Below are positions 62,802 through 64,000 of a stretch of 64,000 nt of DNA, piece after piece. Both the position numbers and the translations under genes were made by a program. The notes beneath the pieces are model-generated. The model had not been told where the DNA came from. It saw only the letters and a program-made list of their open reading frames with translations, and did no database searches. Numbering within the stretch: position 1 is the first letter of the stretch; each line of letters starts with the position of its first letter. Origin of the DNA: an uncultured Bacteroidales bacterium (GTDB lineage Bacteria; Bacteroidota; Bacteroidia; Bacteroidales; UBA7960); the NCBI GenBank assembly GCA_964477035.1, contig CAYZCW010000004.1, positions 59,882 through 123,881 on the forward strand, given 5' to 3'.

Positions 62802-64000
62802 ATGAACCGGAACCCTTTTAATAAGCCCCGTATCATTTTGTTTGCCCTCCTGATGGCGTTTATCCCAGGAGTGTTTGCCACGTCCCCTGCCCCGGCCGGC
62901 AACACCGTCAATGAAAACGCCAAAGCGGAATCATTTCCTGCCCTGGGAAAGGTTGGCGGACTGCTCCTCGATGACGAGAGCGGCGAACCCCTGATGTTCG
63001 CCAGCATTGTCCTTTTCCGGGAGCGGGACTCCACCATGGTCACCGGGTCCATTTCCGACGAAACGGGCCGTTTCCTTATAGACCGGGTTCCTCCGGGGCG
63101 TTTTTACATGCGGGTGAATTATGTCGGTTACCCCCCGCTGGACGTGCCCGGCATCGGAATATCCCCCCGATCGGCCGAATTTGATGCCGGCACCATCCGT
63201 CTGCAGCCCGGAAGCAGGACCCTCTCAGAAGTTACGGTGGAGGCAGCCAGGGAGTTGATGGAGGTCGGCCTGGACCGCCGTGTGTTCAATGTCAGCCAGG
63301 AGCTGACCGCCACCGGGGGCACCGCCATTGAGCTGATGCAGAACATTCCCAGCGTGGCCGTGGATTTCGACGGCAATGTGAGCCTGCGTGGCAGCGCCAA
63401 TGTGACCATCCTGGTGGACGGGCGCCCTTCCGGCCTGACGGGCCTGAGTGGCTCGGAGGCACTGGAACAGATCCCGTCCAGCATGATCGACCGCATCGAG
63501 GTCATCACCAACCCTTCTGTCCGTTATGCTCCGGACGGGACATCCGGGATCATCAACATCGTATTGAAGAAGGAGCGCCGGTCGGGATACAACGGCATGC
63601 TGTCGCTCAATGCCAGCTCCCGTAACAGGTACAACGGCTCCCTGAACCTGAACTATAAAACAGGCGATGTCAATTTTTTTGCCAATTACAGCGGACGCCT
63701 GTCCAGGACCGACGGCTTCGGGAGCAGCTTCCGCACCAGCTTCCTGTCGGACACCACCTTTCTGGACCAGCAGATGGATTTCGAGAACCGGATGAATTCG
63801 CACAACGCGACCCTGGGACTGGACTATCAGATGAACCGTTTCAACACCCTCACATTCTCCGTGATGTATAACAGCTGGGAGCGGGGAGGGCTCAACGAAA
63901 CGGATTACAGCTCCCTGGGCAGCCGCCTGGATCCCACCGGGTTTTTTACCAGGGTGTCGGACGATGATATGGACCACGCAGGCATGAATTATTCACTGAA
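62802..64000 (+). CDS. TonB-dependent receptor / outer-membrane beta-barrel with carboxypeptidase-regulatory-like N-domain (partial, 3' end outside window)
   Basis: Hand translation gives MNRNPFNKPRIILFALLMAFIPGVFA..., GGLLLDDESGEPLMFASIVLF...GRFLIDRVPPGRFYMRVNYVGY, and plug motifs IELMQNIPSVAVDFDGNVSLRGS.NVTILVDGRPS...IDRIEVITNPS. Not in the ORF track (no stop in the window). Confidence 0.85.
   Translation, partial: MNRNPFNKPRIILFALLMAFIPGVFATSPAPAGNTVNENAKAESFPALGKVGGLLLDDESGEPLMFASIVLFRERDSTMVTGSISDETGRFLIDRVPPGRFYMRVNYVGYPPLDVPGIGISPRSAEFDAGTIRLQPGSRTLSEVTVEAARELMEVGLDRRVFNVSQELTATGGTAIELMQNIPSVAVDFDGNVSLRGSANVTILVDGRPSGLTGLSGSEALEQIPSSMIDRIEVITNPSVRYAPDGTSGIINIVLKKERRSGYNGMLSLNASSRNRYNGSLNLNYKTGDVNFFANYSGRLSRTDGFGSSFRTSFLSDTTFLDQQMDFENRMNSHNATLGLDYQMNRFNTLTFSVMYNSWERGGLNETDYSSLGSRLDPTGFFTRVSDDDMDHAGMNYSL

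Noticed and set aside
1-64000. Searched for tRNA/rRNA/tmRNA/RNase P/SRP RNA signatures, transposases, integrases, phage genes, toxin-antitoxin pairs and defence-system hallmarks
   Set aside because: I found no T-loop GGTTCGAATCC-type motif, no conserved ncRNA cores, no DDE or tyrosine-recombinase motifs, and no short inverted-repeat-bounded segments. A scan by eye can miss small or divergent elements.

Overview
High-GC (about 60%) chromosomal segment that looks Bacteroidota-like. Evidence for this: T9SS-type C-terminal sorting domains on two giant secreted proteins, exact TAnnTTTG -7 promoter boxes in most intergenic gaps, and an alternative complex III (ACIII) plus caa3 oxidase respiratory cluster. 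I call about 50 tightly packed protein genes, mostly housekeeping. They include gcvP (partial), iorAB, acpH, hldD-like, alaS, an AddB-like nuclease, murU/amgK-like cell-wall sugar salvage, rluA-family, rfbC, lpdA, a GGGPS/PcrB-like enzyme, a PPTase, ahcY, greA, HIT, ruvC, GT2, actABCDEF-sco-ctaD/E/coxIV/ctaC-ctaB, a class III cyclase plus hybrid histidine kinase, pgk, an aminotransferase plus omega-amidase-like pair, parE and a partial TonB-dependent receptor. I recognised no rRNA, tRNA, CRISPR array, transposase, integrase or obvious defence island. The two edge genes (gcvP at 1-1404 minus, TonB receptor at 62802-64000 plus) are missing from the supplied ORF track because they have no in-window stop; I translated them by hand. 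Many long listed ORFs are antisense shadows of real genes, as expected at this GC content. The only clearly accessory region is 31.5-38.9 kb. It holds two adjacent T9SS cargo genes built from shared repeat modules, with two perfect in-frame tandem duplications and a low-GC insert. I do not see an unambiguous new multi-gene system. The best candidates for undescribed biology are (1) an AmgK-type sugar kinase fused to a RapZ C-terminal domain in place of the RapZ P-loop domain, next to murU, and (2) a membrane-anchored NirK-like protein with a third, C-terminal cupredoxin domain and apparent substitutions at catalytic and ligand positions, beside the ACIII/caa3 cluster and preceded by a structured leader with a uORF. 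All functional calls rest on motif recognition by eye; no HMM or BLAST searches were run.
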